This document shows positions 24,001 through 36,000 of a stretch of DNA of 64,000 nucleotides, piece after piece. The DNA lies in NCBI GenBank assembly GCA_004431415.1, contig QPMI01000173.1, forward strand, positions 62,001-126,000, written 5' to 3'. Position 1 is the stretch's first letter. Each line of letters starts with the position of its first letter. Source of the DNA: Cyanophora paradoxa CCMP329 (taxonomy: Eukaryota > Plantae > Glaucophyta). The notes below the pieces were generated by a model that searched no databases, had not been told where the DNA came from, and was given only the letters and a program-made list of their open reading frames with translations. Position numbers and translations under genes: made by a program.

Positions 24001-27000
24001 CGCCCGGAAGGCGCTCACGTCGATCGGGTCGCTCGTCGCGATCGGGCAGAGCTGCGTCGCGCTGCACTGCGCACACTCCTCCGAGCCCGCCTGCGCCGCA
24101 AACGTGCCGGGCGGGCTGCGCACGCTCCCCCGTTTGCAGGCGCCCCGCGCCAGCATAGAGCGCGGCGGCTCGCACCACGGCTCGCAGTAGCTCAGGAGCA
24201 TCGATGCGTTCCTGTACGTTCCCTTTGCGCAAGGCTGCGGCGCTTCTCAGCATGCTCGCCGAAGGCGCCGCCTCGTAGCGAAATTCATTGGAGAATTCGA
24301 ATCATAAGCACCTCGCAAAACGTTTGGAGCTCGTCGGACACATGCCCAGTTGGGCATGGCGTGCATCCAACGGCGCCGGCGGCGGAGATTGTGTTGAAGG
24401 CGCACGGCTGGCATGCGAGGGTGCCATCGGGGAGGCTGCTACCGGCGGGGCAAGGCGAGCAGAGTGTGCGGCTCTCGTCAGAGACATGCCCGGCCGGGCA
24501 CTGCTTGCACAACGCGTCTGACGCCGGCAGCGGTAGCAAATGCAATCCTTAGTGCAAGCAAAAACCGATATTCGAGGCGATAGGGCCTCACCGCCGGGGA
24601 CGGAAGTGGTGAGCGCCGGACAAAGGACGCAGAATCCGGCGGCGGGGTACAGGCCCCCCTCGCAATCTTCCGCGTGACCAAGACTTGAGTAATCGGATTT
24701 TCGTGGAGTCAGACCCCCAAATTTGCTTACTTTTGCAGTCAGCGCGGTTCGCCGTCGGCACCTGCCCCGCCGGGCTGCGAAATGACGAATTCAGCGCTGG
24801 CAGTGCGCATGCGCGAGAGGAAGCGAATCGCCTGCAACATTAATATTGATGAGCCGCGATATGAACGAGCCGCACCAGGCCTCACACTCGGCACCTCCCG
24901 GCGACCGCGAGGCGGTGCCAGGACTGCAAGGAATGCAGCTGGTCGAGTTGCTCTCTTTCGGGCGGAAGAACCCCTGTCGAAAGAGAGTCGATAATGATCA
25001 CATATGCGTGGAGCGTTATACACGTATTGACATCCGCAAAGAGGATTTTTCAGCGCGCACCAGCGGGCAGGGCTGGCATGAGCGCCGGTCGGGTGACGAC
25101 GTGTATCCAGCGTCACACGCTTTGCACTCGAATGCGGTGCCAGGGTCCGGTGCGTACGTGTTGGGCGGGCACTGAGCATATGCGTAGCGAAGTCAGCTAT
25201 ATGCAAGCAAAGGAGTCTTTTTATGGGGCGAAGTCACCTTCAAGCAGGCCTGAGAGCCTTCCGGCATGTAGGAGCCTGGGCTGCACGGCACGCAATTGCT
25301 ACCGTCGTCCGCCGCGTAAGAGCCTAGGTCGCAGACGCGACAAACTTGGGAGCCGGCAGGCGCCCAGGTTCCCGCTCGGCAGGGCAGGCACATGTTGGTC
25401 TGAGGGGACTTGTACGAGCCGGGCTGACACGGGTTGCAGCGCGTCCTGGCGGGCACCGCGATCGATATTGGCAACAAGGCGGCGGGCGAACTTCGACGGA
25501 CGGACCGGTCCGAGCTCGAGATTTCCCCCGGGCCGCACTTCGTGCACGCCACCGCGCCCTCGTCGGCAGACATGTGACCCTCGTCACACATCCGGCACGC
25601 GCTCGTGCCGTTGAACTCGAACGTTCCTCGGGCGCACGGGGAGCACGTCACGCGGTCATCGTTGCTTTGCGTTCCCCGCGGGCTGCCCAAGCGAGATTAT
25701 GTATCAGGCGTCTCGGCGACGATGGTGCAAACAGATCTTGCGCACCACGGGTCACACTCGCTGCGCCCCGGGGCGTTCGCAAAAGTCCCGACAGCGCATA
25801 CTCGACATGATGTCATATTGGAGCCACGGAAAGTTCCGCTTGGGCAGGGGTTGCAGCGCTGGCGGGTCTCGTCTGGGATGGTTCCGAGGCCGCTGCTCGA
25901 ACAAATGAATACGATCAACGTATTTGTAAGATCCCATTTCTAGATCTTAAGCTTACGAACCAGCTGATGCAACTTGTCATTCCTAAATGCGGAGCATACG
26001 TATTGCCTGCGTGTGCACAAGAATCAACGCAATTCTTACACAGCGTTTCTATACTTGCGCCACGCACCAATGCAGTCTCGGCATCGCCACTCTTTCTCGT
26101 ACGTGCCGCGCGCGCACGGCACGCACGTCGCTGCATCCGCACTCGGGACCGTTCCCGGCGCGCACACTGTGTAGTTCCGGGATGCCGCGACTGCCGCCGC
26201 TCCCACCGGCACCCGCTGGCACGCGACCATCGGATCGTGGCGATACGTTCCCGCAAGACACGCTGCAGACATGAACAGAGATCAGTTCAACTCTAGAAGG
26301 AAATATAAACCCGTCGTGATCATGGCCAATTAGTTGTAGTCCCGGGCCGCCGGGATCCGGAGGCGCACGGGTGCAGCTCTGGCTGTCGCGGGCTGCTTCG
26401 TATCCCTCGGGACAGGTCGAGCAATTGGCGTGCCCCGGCGTAGACGTGATAGAATTCGGCGGGCACCTGAAAAAAAAGCGGTCAATGGTGTGCGTCGACG
26501 TCGTTTCGCAAGCGCTTCTATAGCTAGCTATAGATAGCGTTTCTGTATCGACCGCGAGACGCACGGTAGGCACAAGTCGCCGAGCTGGTAGCTCCCCGCG
26601 CGGCAGTCGACGCAGTGGGAGCGGATCGGAGACGGCACCTGCCCCTCGGGACACAGCTCGTACGCGGCGAAGCCCTCCCTGGCTGCAGCACGCTCCGGAA
26701 CGGGGGTGCAAATCGACATGCTTGCAGAGCGGTACGTCCCAAATCTGAACGCGATTGGTTGCGATCAGAGTCAAGGGAGGCGATGCTCAAGAGTTTGGGT
26801 TGTAGCGTACGGGCAGGGGTCGCAGGATTGTTGGTCAGCAGAGGCCGCGTAGCCCGCGTCGCACGGGCGGCAGTAGGCGGCCCCGACAGACGAAACGATC
26901 GAGTTCAACGGGCACTGCAGGCAGCTGTCTTCCAGCTGGAACTGACCTGCAAAGGCGGTAAGCGCACTCGTCCAGCAACTGCAAGGAACGGCGGAAAAAT

Positions 27001-30000
27001 GCAAGGTACCGGCGGGGCACGGCACACAGGTCGCCTTGATGCCGTCCGGGACCCATCCGTCGACGCAGGTGGTGTACGCCGCGCTGCCTTCTTGCGCTGC
27101 CGCCCGCTTGGGAACGGGGATGCACGTTGTGTTTGCCTCGCTTCGGTACGTGCCGGTGGGGCAAGGCTGGCATGTCTGAAGATCGGCCGCCGCGATATAA
27201 CCCGGTTGGCATGGCCCGCAAGTCGTTGAGCCGGGCATTGAGGCGACCGTGTTCAGTTCACAGAGCTGGCACTCGTCTCCAGTTTGGCGCATGCCTGGCA
27301 GAACGTCGGATGCTGCAATGGCAAGGATAGGACGAAAGATACGATATCAACATTTCTTACCTGCTGGGCACGCGATACAGTAAGACCGCGTTCCATCGGG
27401 AACATACCCATCTTGGCAAACGCTGTAATTCGCCGAGCCGGCCAGAGCTACGCTTCGGGCAGGGGCTGGTGCGCAGGTTGACATATTTCCATTCCGGTAG
27501 GTGCCCGGAGGACATTCGAGGCAGAGGCGCTGGTCGCTGGAAGCGAATTTCCCATCCGCACATGTCTCACACGCACTTGAGCCTTCGAAAGGTGCGATCG
27601 CGTTCAACCCGCACGGAACGCACTCGCCGGGCCTCCCCAGCTCGGCTGTACCCGCGCGGCAAGCGATGCAGGCCTGCGCGTAATCGCGTTCGAATCAGTG
27701 AGATCTAACATCGAATCTCGCGACAAACAACAGGAAGACGGCTGAGAGATGCGGGAGTACTCGCTCACTCTGCGGTCGGGTTCCGAGATTTCTCCTGTCT
27801 TACAGCGGATGCACCCACGCCCATCGGGCGAAGCGTGATCTGCGGACGTCGACACTCTGAACGCTGCAAAGATGAATAGATAAATACATGAGCCCTCGTA
27901 CCCTCGGGGCAGATAAGGCACACGCTCGCATTGGGGGGGACACCATAGCCAACCATGCACCAGGTGCAGCCGTCCTGCTTGTCGGTAGGAACTTGCCCCT
28001 GTCCGACGCGTGTGGATACGTATACTCTCTAAAGTCTACATTCAGGATCTTGCATAAAGACTCTACCTCTGGGCACGCAAAGCATGGTCCGAAGTGTTTG
28101 GATGGGGACCACAGGCTGCTTGGGCACCGCTCGCAGGGACGGTCCCGCGCAACTTGGTGGAAGCCTGCTTGGCTGCACAGATGGAACGCGGTATACATCA
28201 GCGAGCGTGCTCTCACGGATTCATGTTAACGTTAACGACCTCGAGGCCGCTGCACATCGATATCGATCTCAAAGTTCAATTCGATTTACCAAGCCGTGCA
28301 GCCTTCGTGCGTGTCGTCCGCAACCATGCCGGGGTCACTGCATTTGCGAAAGACATAAATAAACATAATCGCAAAAGCGTTCGATCAATGTCGATAACAG
28401 TGTTTCGGGGAATTCCGACTCTAAATCTTACGAACCAGTCAATGCAGCTCGACATTCCGATCGATGGCGCGTATGTGTTCCCTAATGCCATTTAATATTA
28501 AATATTAATTTTCAACAGATCGAAGAGGGGGAGCGATCCTTGAATGCAGAAATTGCGCACCAATGCAGTCTCGGCATCGCCACTCTTTCTCGTACGTGCC
28601 GCGCGCGCACGGCACGCACGTCGCTGCATCCGCACTCGGGACCGTTCCCGGCGCGCACACTGTGTAGTTCCGGGATGCCGCGACTGCCGCCGCTCCCACC
28701 GGCACCCGCTGGCACGCGACCATCGGATCGTGGCGATACGTTCCCGCAAGACACGCTGCAGACATGAACAGAGATCAGTTCAACTCTAGAAGGAAATATA
28801 AACCCGTCGTGATCATGGCCAATTAGTTGTAGTCCCGGGCCGCCGGGATCCGGAGGCGCACGGGTGCAGCTCTGGCTGTCGCGGGCTGCTTCGTATCCCT
28901 CGGGACAGGTCGAGCAATTGGCGTGCCCCGGCGTAGACGTGATAGAATTCGGCGGGCACCTGAAAAAAAAGCGGTCAATGGTGTGCGTCGACGTCGTTTC
29001 GCAAGCGCTTCTATAGCTAGCTATAGATAGCGTTTCTGTATCGACCGCGAGACGCACGGTAGGCACAAGTCGCCGAGCTGGTAGCTCCCCGCGCGGCAGT
29101 CGACGCAGTGGGAGCGGATCGGAGACGGCACCTGCCCCTCGGGACACAGCTCGTACGCGGCGGAGCCCTCCCTGGCTGCAGCACGCTCCGGAACGGGGGT
29201 GCAAATCGACATGCTTGCAGAGCGGTACGTCCCAAATCTGAACGCGATTGGTTGCGATCAGAGTCAAGGGAGGCGATGCTCAAGAGTTTGGGTTGTAGCG
29301 TACGGGCAGGGGTCGCAGGATTGTTGGTCAGCAGAGGCCGCGTAGCCCGCGTCGCACGGGCGGCAGTAGGCGGCCCCGACAGACGAAACGATCGAGTTCA
29401 ACGGGCACTGCAGGCAGCTGTCTTCCAGCTGGAACTGACCTGCAAAGGCGGTAAGCGCACTCGTCCAGCAACTGCAAGGAACGGCGGAAAAATGCAAGGT
29501 ACCGGCGGGGCACGGCACACAGGTCGCCTTGATGCCGTCCGGGACCCATCCGTCGACGCAGGTGGTGTACGCCGCGCTGCCTTCTTGCGCTGCCGCCCGC
29601 TTGGGAACGGGGATGCACGTTGTGTTTGCCTCGCTTCGGTACGTGCCGGTGGGGCAAGGCTGGCATGTCTGAAGATCAGCAGAGGCAACGTAGCCCGGAG
29701 CGCAGGGTGTGCAGATCGCTGCTCCAGGGGTCGAGGATATCGTGTTGAGAGGGCACGGTTGACAGTCATCGCCAGCTTGAAAGGTTCCTGAGAGGCTCGC
29801 GCCGTTGGCATGGCATTAATGAAGGTGCGAGCCGAACAGAGGGTCGCACCAGCGGAGCAGGGAGCACAGAAAGCCCGAGCTCCGTCAGGCACCTGCCCAG
29901 CAGTGCAGAAAGTGAAGTGGGCAGATCCAATGGGAGCTGCGGCCCTAGGCGGAACTGCGAGGCACGCCGGTGCGTCGCCGCTTCGGTTGGTGCCTGCGCA

Positions 30001-33000
30001 TGCCGTATGAATGTATATGGGCATGCCGTATCAGAAATCGGCTCATTATAAATGCGGCAGATTCCTATTTTAAATACATACACGCGTTCTCACCGGCGGG
30101 GCATTCGAAGCAGAGGCGCTGGTCGGCCGAGGAGAACTTGCCGTCACCGCACGGCACGCAGGCGGTGGCGTTCTCGAACGGGGCGACCTGGTTGGCCCCG
30201 CACGGCACGCAGTCTCCCGGTCGCCCCGACTCCGCCGTCCCAGGCCGGCACGGCAGGCACGCCTGCGCACGCGTCAGAACAAGACGCGCACGACAGAAAG
30301 CTGCAGTGCGGGCGCGCCTTGCGGTCTGGCAGGGAGTAGAATCCCGGTCCGCATCGAACGCAGCCTTCTCCATCCGGCGAGGCGTAGTCTGCGCCACGTA
30401 AGCGCGACCTCGCGCTATAGCTTCAGCTGTACAAACGGTGCTGGCGGCAGGCACCTTCTTCGCAGGGCACGCAGACGGACTCATTTGCTGGAACGCCATA
30501 CCCCGAGCGGCACCTGGCGAATTAAAATATCTCAGGGAAAGCAATTCCCAACGGGAGGGCGCGGGGCTGCGGACCACTGGCACTTGTCCTGCTTGTCTGA
30601 CGCCACCTGTCCCTGCTCGCAAATTTCGAAAATCGGTCAGACATCAAGCTAAGCGCATTTTCGACTTTTAATGTTTCAATTAATATAAGGATTCGTGCTC
30701 AGAAAGGAGCAGGTGCTTCTGCTTCGTCTGTCGCACCAGCGGACAGGAGAGGCAGGGCCCGAATCGGCCTGGGAGCGACCAAAGGCCAGGGTCACAGGGC
30801 TCGCATGGACCGTGAAGTACCGGTTGATGCCATCCTGCAGGGCTGCTGTGCGTTAAGAGATGTGATCTGAAATGTGTGTCGTATCCGAACAATGAAAGCT
30901 TAAGTCATCACCAAATTGAGCAGGCAGTCAGGTCGCGCGTTGGAGAAGACCCGTTCGGGCCTGTGGAGGAGGATCAATGTACACGTCAATTGAGACGCAG
31001 TTCGGCGTGCGGGATGAATTGTTTGCGCTCACAGAACAGGCAGTCGTCAAGAAGGCCCCCGGGGCTGAACTTGTTTGGAGGGCACGAGATGCACTGGAGC
31101 GGCTCTCGCTTGAGGAAAGTACCCGGAAAGCTGCGAAAAAGAAGTCGACCTCTGTGAGTTTTGCAGGAAACGCAGATCTAGAGGCGCTGCAGTATTAATG
31201 GAACGCCAACAGAAAGCCCACCAGGGCACGCATGGGAAAGTCCATTTTGCCTGCGGCACCGGGCGTGGGCGCAGGCGGATCGGAACATATACAGATACAT
31301 TATAGTGTATATTACATTTGTCTACAGATGCACCGACGGCGTGAAAAGGTTGCTGTCGCACGGCTGGCAGCGGTCGCCTGCGTTCAAAGAGAACGTGTGC
31401 TGAGGGCAGTCTGTGCGGCCGTACAGAAACAGTCAAATTGTTTTAGAGTCGAGAAGAGCAAAATTATTTGCGGGCGGGGTTGGGACCATAGCATGAATCG
31501 GCGCCCAGGCCTGAGAAGGTCCCGGCCTCGCAGACGGCGCACTCCGTGCTGCCCGCCTGCGAGAACGTGCCGTTGGGGCAGAGGGGCGCGTCCGTGTCCA
31601 GGAGCAAGCCCGGCTCGCTGGAGTAGCGGCCTGCGAGGGCGCGGACTCTCCGATAAGTCGCGTGGCGGACCCTCGAGCTCGAGCCGTTGCAGCGGCCGGC
31701 ACCCACGCACCGGCGGGGAGCGGAGTGCACAGATCGGCGATCGCGACCGAGCGGTTGAAGACAGCAGCCTGCAGCGGGGCCACCAACGTTAACGTACACG
31801 TTGTTGCGTGCAGTGTGAGGACCCGGGATGATTCGGGGAATCACTAGCCTCTCGCGAGATGGCCTATTGGTAGAACTGCCGCCTTGACACCCCTTAGTCG
31901 TTGGTTCGACTCCGGCTGGGTCCGGGTCGCAACGCGTCCATAACATGGGGGCTGCTAACGGACCTGGTTCGACTCCCGACGAGGGATAGACCGGGCTTCG
32001 AATCCCACGCGGGGCGCTAGGAAGCGCTGGCTGAGGGCCGCTGCATCGCGGTACCCCGATAAGCCCGGCACCTGCATCGGTGGCCGCCGAAGAGCCTAGA
32101 AACTGCGCGCACGGAAAAAAGCGGCAGTTGCGGCTGTGTGAAGTGGGTGTCACGTGCGGCATGTGACCGAGGTTGAGATCGCGAGTTGTGAGGTGAAATG
32201 CAGCAATGGAACCGCACGGAAGGATCTCGGGGTCGAGATCACCGTGGCGGGGGGGATGTTGCGTGCAGTGTGAGGACCCGGGATGATTCGGGGAATCACT
32301 AGCCTCTCGCGAGATGGCCTATTGGTAGAACTGCCGCCTTGACACCCCTTAGTCGTTGGTTCGACTCCGGCTGGGTCCGGGTCGCAACGCGTCCATAACA
32401 ACGTAGTCCGCTATCTAATTTTATAAGAAGGATTCTGGGCCCGGTACCTCCCAGTTCCAGCGCGACCCAGGGGGGCAGCCCGTCTGGAGCTTGATGACGT
32501 AGGCGGGATCGCTCACGACGAATACAACCTGCGAATCCGAAGCGCGAAAGTCAAAGGTTGAAGACGTTATTGCTACCCATTTTCTCCAAACACGAATCAC
32601 CGCACCCAGGAGAGCTCGGCAAAGGGCAGCGACGGGTCCCCCTCGAACATGCGCCCGCTCGAGAAGTCGTCGACGGTGGAGGCTGACAGGACGTTCGCGG
32701 GGAAGCTGGCCACCACGAGGTCCACGCGCACGCCCGCCGCGCCGAGCTCGAAGGCGGCCCCGTCGACGCCGCGGAGGCGCAGAAGCCGCGAGCCCGGGGC
32801 GCGCTCGGCCGCCCGCTTCATGCGGCGGCTGTGCACGTAACGCGGACGCGTCTCGCGGTCCGACGCGAACGTGAAGACGCGCGTGTTCGTCTGCGTATGC
32901 AGCTCCTGCGCCACGCTGCGCATGAGCGAGCAGGGGCGCCGTTAGTTCATGCGGCCGGGCGCGATCGTTCAATCGAGAAGGTACACTCGAAAAAACTCGA

Positions 33001-36000
33001 AGCAAGCCGGTAACAACATCTAGATTATCTGCACTCACAAGAGGGTGCCGTCCTTGTAGACGGCAGTCGCGACGGAGGTCCAGGCGGCTCGCGTCCCCTT
33101 CCACGCTCCCTCGCCGTAGATCCGCACCTCGCCGTCGATGACGGTGCCGGCGAGTCCGCTCTGGTACGCGTTCGCCTTGCGCACGCGCACGACGCGGTCG
33201 CCGGTGACGTAAAACGCGTAGCGGCCGTCGGGCGGGTCGACCCAGCGGCCCTCGAGATACCCGTATCCGGGTCCGGCGTGCAGCGGGCGCTCGTTCTGGA
33301 TGATCCAGTGGTCGGCCAGCGCGACGACTTCGGTGCGCAACACGCGCGGCGGCGTGTGCGTGAAGACCGCGGTGCGGTACGTCGCCGGCGCGGGGAGCGA
33401 CGCGTTGTGGAGGCGGATGCCGGTGGGCGCCTCGGAGAAGGCGGCCGCGTCGACGCGCCACGTGAAGAGGGCGACGACGTGCGCGACGCTGCGGGCGCCG
33501 CAGATGCCGGAGACGAGCGGGGCGGGGCAGGCGGCGAGGGAGGCGTTGGGGAAGAACGGGATGCGGACGAGGGCGTGGTAGAGGAGCGGGCCGCCGGCCT
33601 CGACGCGCCCGTCCGCTGCAATGGCCTGCAGCGAGGCGCCCGGCGGGAACGCGTCCGCGAAGAATGCACCGCCCTCCTGCGGCCACGGCACCGACTTGTA
33701 GACGCCGCCGGCGGCCGCACCATAGCCGGCGGGGGCGATCGAAGCGAGGTCGAAGGCGAGGAGGGCGACGCCGGTCGGCAGCGAGCAGGCCTTGATGAGG
33801 GGCAGGACGGAGCTCGAGGGCCCGCCGTCGCCGCCGAGCGCCGCAAACGAGCCGAAGAAGGCGACGCCGCGGGACCAGAAGGAGGCGTAGCGGAGCTCCT
33901 GGAGGAGCAGCGCCTCGAAGGGGGCGGCGGAGGGGTACGCGCGCCGCACGTCGGCAGCCGTCTCGCCGCCCTCGAAGGACCGCTCCGACGGTTCCGCGTC
34001 GAAGAAGTCGAGACAGTTCGTCGCCCCTGAGGCAGGCGGCTCATGATCAGCGACCCCGCCAAGACAACGGTACAAGGGTGTTCAGCAGTTTTTTGCGCGC
34101 CGCGAAATTTCAAATTAAGAAACACTGCATTTTAAAAACATTATGAGCGTGCATACGATTATAATTTTTTATTGCAGATCTAGGGAGATTCTATATAGCT
34201 AGTTTTACGCTCATGGAATCTAGGTTTACAATTCCGCGCAAAAACGTGCGCGAAATTCGCTTGAATTTCGCGAATGCGGCAAATACTACACAGACGGGCG
34301 CAAATAATACGTTTACGCGCGCACCGAAAAAGTAATGCTGTCCGAAGGCAACTGGCGAGTCCGCGCCGGGGTTCGACCACGTGAAGCTCGTCAGTTCGGG
34401 CTGCTGTGTAGTTAGTAGACGCCCCGAGAAGAGCGAGCTGCGGTACTGTGCAGGCCGATCGGACCTGCAACCGGAAGTTGCGCGCTCGGAGTTCGGCCAG
34501 GGTTGCGTTGCTCCCCGTCGGCTGCGCATGCCGCGCCAGCGGCTTCGGTCACAGCCATGGCCCCGAAATCAAAGCCCCGCGGGCCGATCGCGAGCGCACG
34601 GCGGGTGCGAAGAGGTGGAAGGTGCCAAGCATGCCGGCCCAGCTGTACGCCTCGGTCGGGCTCGCCGACGCGATCCCCGAGACGGCCTCGTAGAAGGTCC
34701 GCTCTGCAGTGTCGATCGAGGTGCTTCTGGCTGGTTTCTGGCGGCGAGTGCTGGCGCACCGTACGCGGCGTAGAGGTGGCGGAAGTCGTGCGAGAAGTCG
34801 CCCGCCCGCCTCATGAAGTCGTAGGGCGCGGCGCCCTGGCAGAGTCCCGCCGGCCAGCTTCGTATGGGACCGTAGGGGACGGGCGTGCAGCCACTGTAAA
34901 CGTACGCCATCCAGCGCTGGGCGGCGTAGGAGTAGCAGCCGAAGCCGGCGCAGGAGGCAGGCGGGCGCAGAACGTCGGCGACGGCCGCGCCGACGAGATC
35001 GGCGGCGCCCGCAAAGGCCTCCGCGGACCACGGCCAGTCGCTCTGGAAGGCGGTGAGGTTGGCCGGGCTGAAGCGCGCGTCCGGGTCCTTCGCCGGCCAC
35101 TGCGCATGCGCCCCCGTGCGCGTAAGCGACCGATCGCAACAGCGTGTCCAATTTATAATTTATATAATATAGGAACTGAGCATAACGCTCGCATTGCTGG
35201 ATCGTGCGAGGGAGGCACGCGCACGGGGCTCATTGAAGTGTAGGCGAACTCCGTCGGCTTCGCGTCGCCAAGCACCTGGCGATATCGATTCGAATTAAGA
35301 TCCAGATGTCAATATCAGTACCTAGATTCAATTAAAGGAATGTGCAGCAGGCACCTGGGAGAGGCTCATCACAAAGCTGCAGCGATTGCTATCCAAGTCG
35401 AAGTCTGTGGCATTCGGGACGCGTCGCGATCAGAGGCCGGCCGCCCCTCGATCAGGCGCGCTGAGGTTTTGAGGCAGACCGCAGTAGGTGTAGTCGTCCT
35501 TGCTCCGCGTGATGAGCCCGAGGCGGTGCGCGGCCGGCCGCTGGCCCACCAGGTAGTTCGCCACCTTCGCGGCGAAGACTATCTGCACGCTCTCCTCCGA
35601 TTCCACGGCTTGCCCTGCAGCGCAGCGCAGTCGTCTGTCGAAGAACGGTGCAAAGATCAGAAAAATAAGCAGAAGTACCTACACGCCAGAAGGCGTTGCT
35701 GGCGCCCGTGTTGCCGGACGGCATGAGTGCGCTCTGCGCAGCGATGGAGTTGCCCTGCGCAGATGTGTCGGTGCCGAAAGCATATGCATGTAGAGAGGAT
35801 AAGGCCATGTCTGGAAGCACCGCAGGAATGGTGACATTCGTGGATGTAGACGGCAGCGACGACGGTCCTGACGCCTGCCGCCTGGCCCTCACGGAGCAAT
35901 TCACCGTGTACTGCCCCCCGTACGAGAGCTCGACGGTCACCGAGATCGGCGCGCCGGCGGCGTCGGCGTCCGAAACGGACAAAGAGCCGACGTAGGGCCC

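Noticed and set aside
31819-31923. Functional tRNA gene (two copies)
   Set aside because: The anticodon stem does not pair, the acceptor strand is displaced by an insert, and both copies lie within LTRs. Treated as a tRNA-derived promoter.
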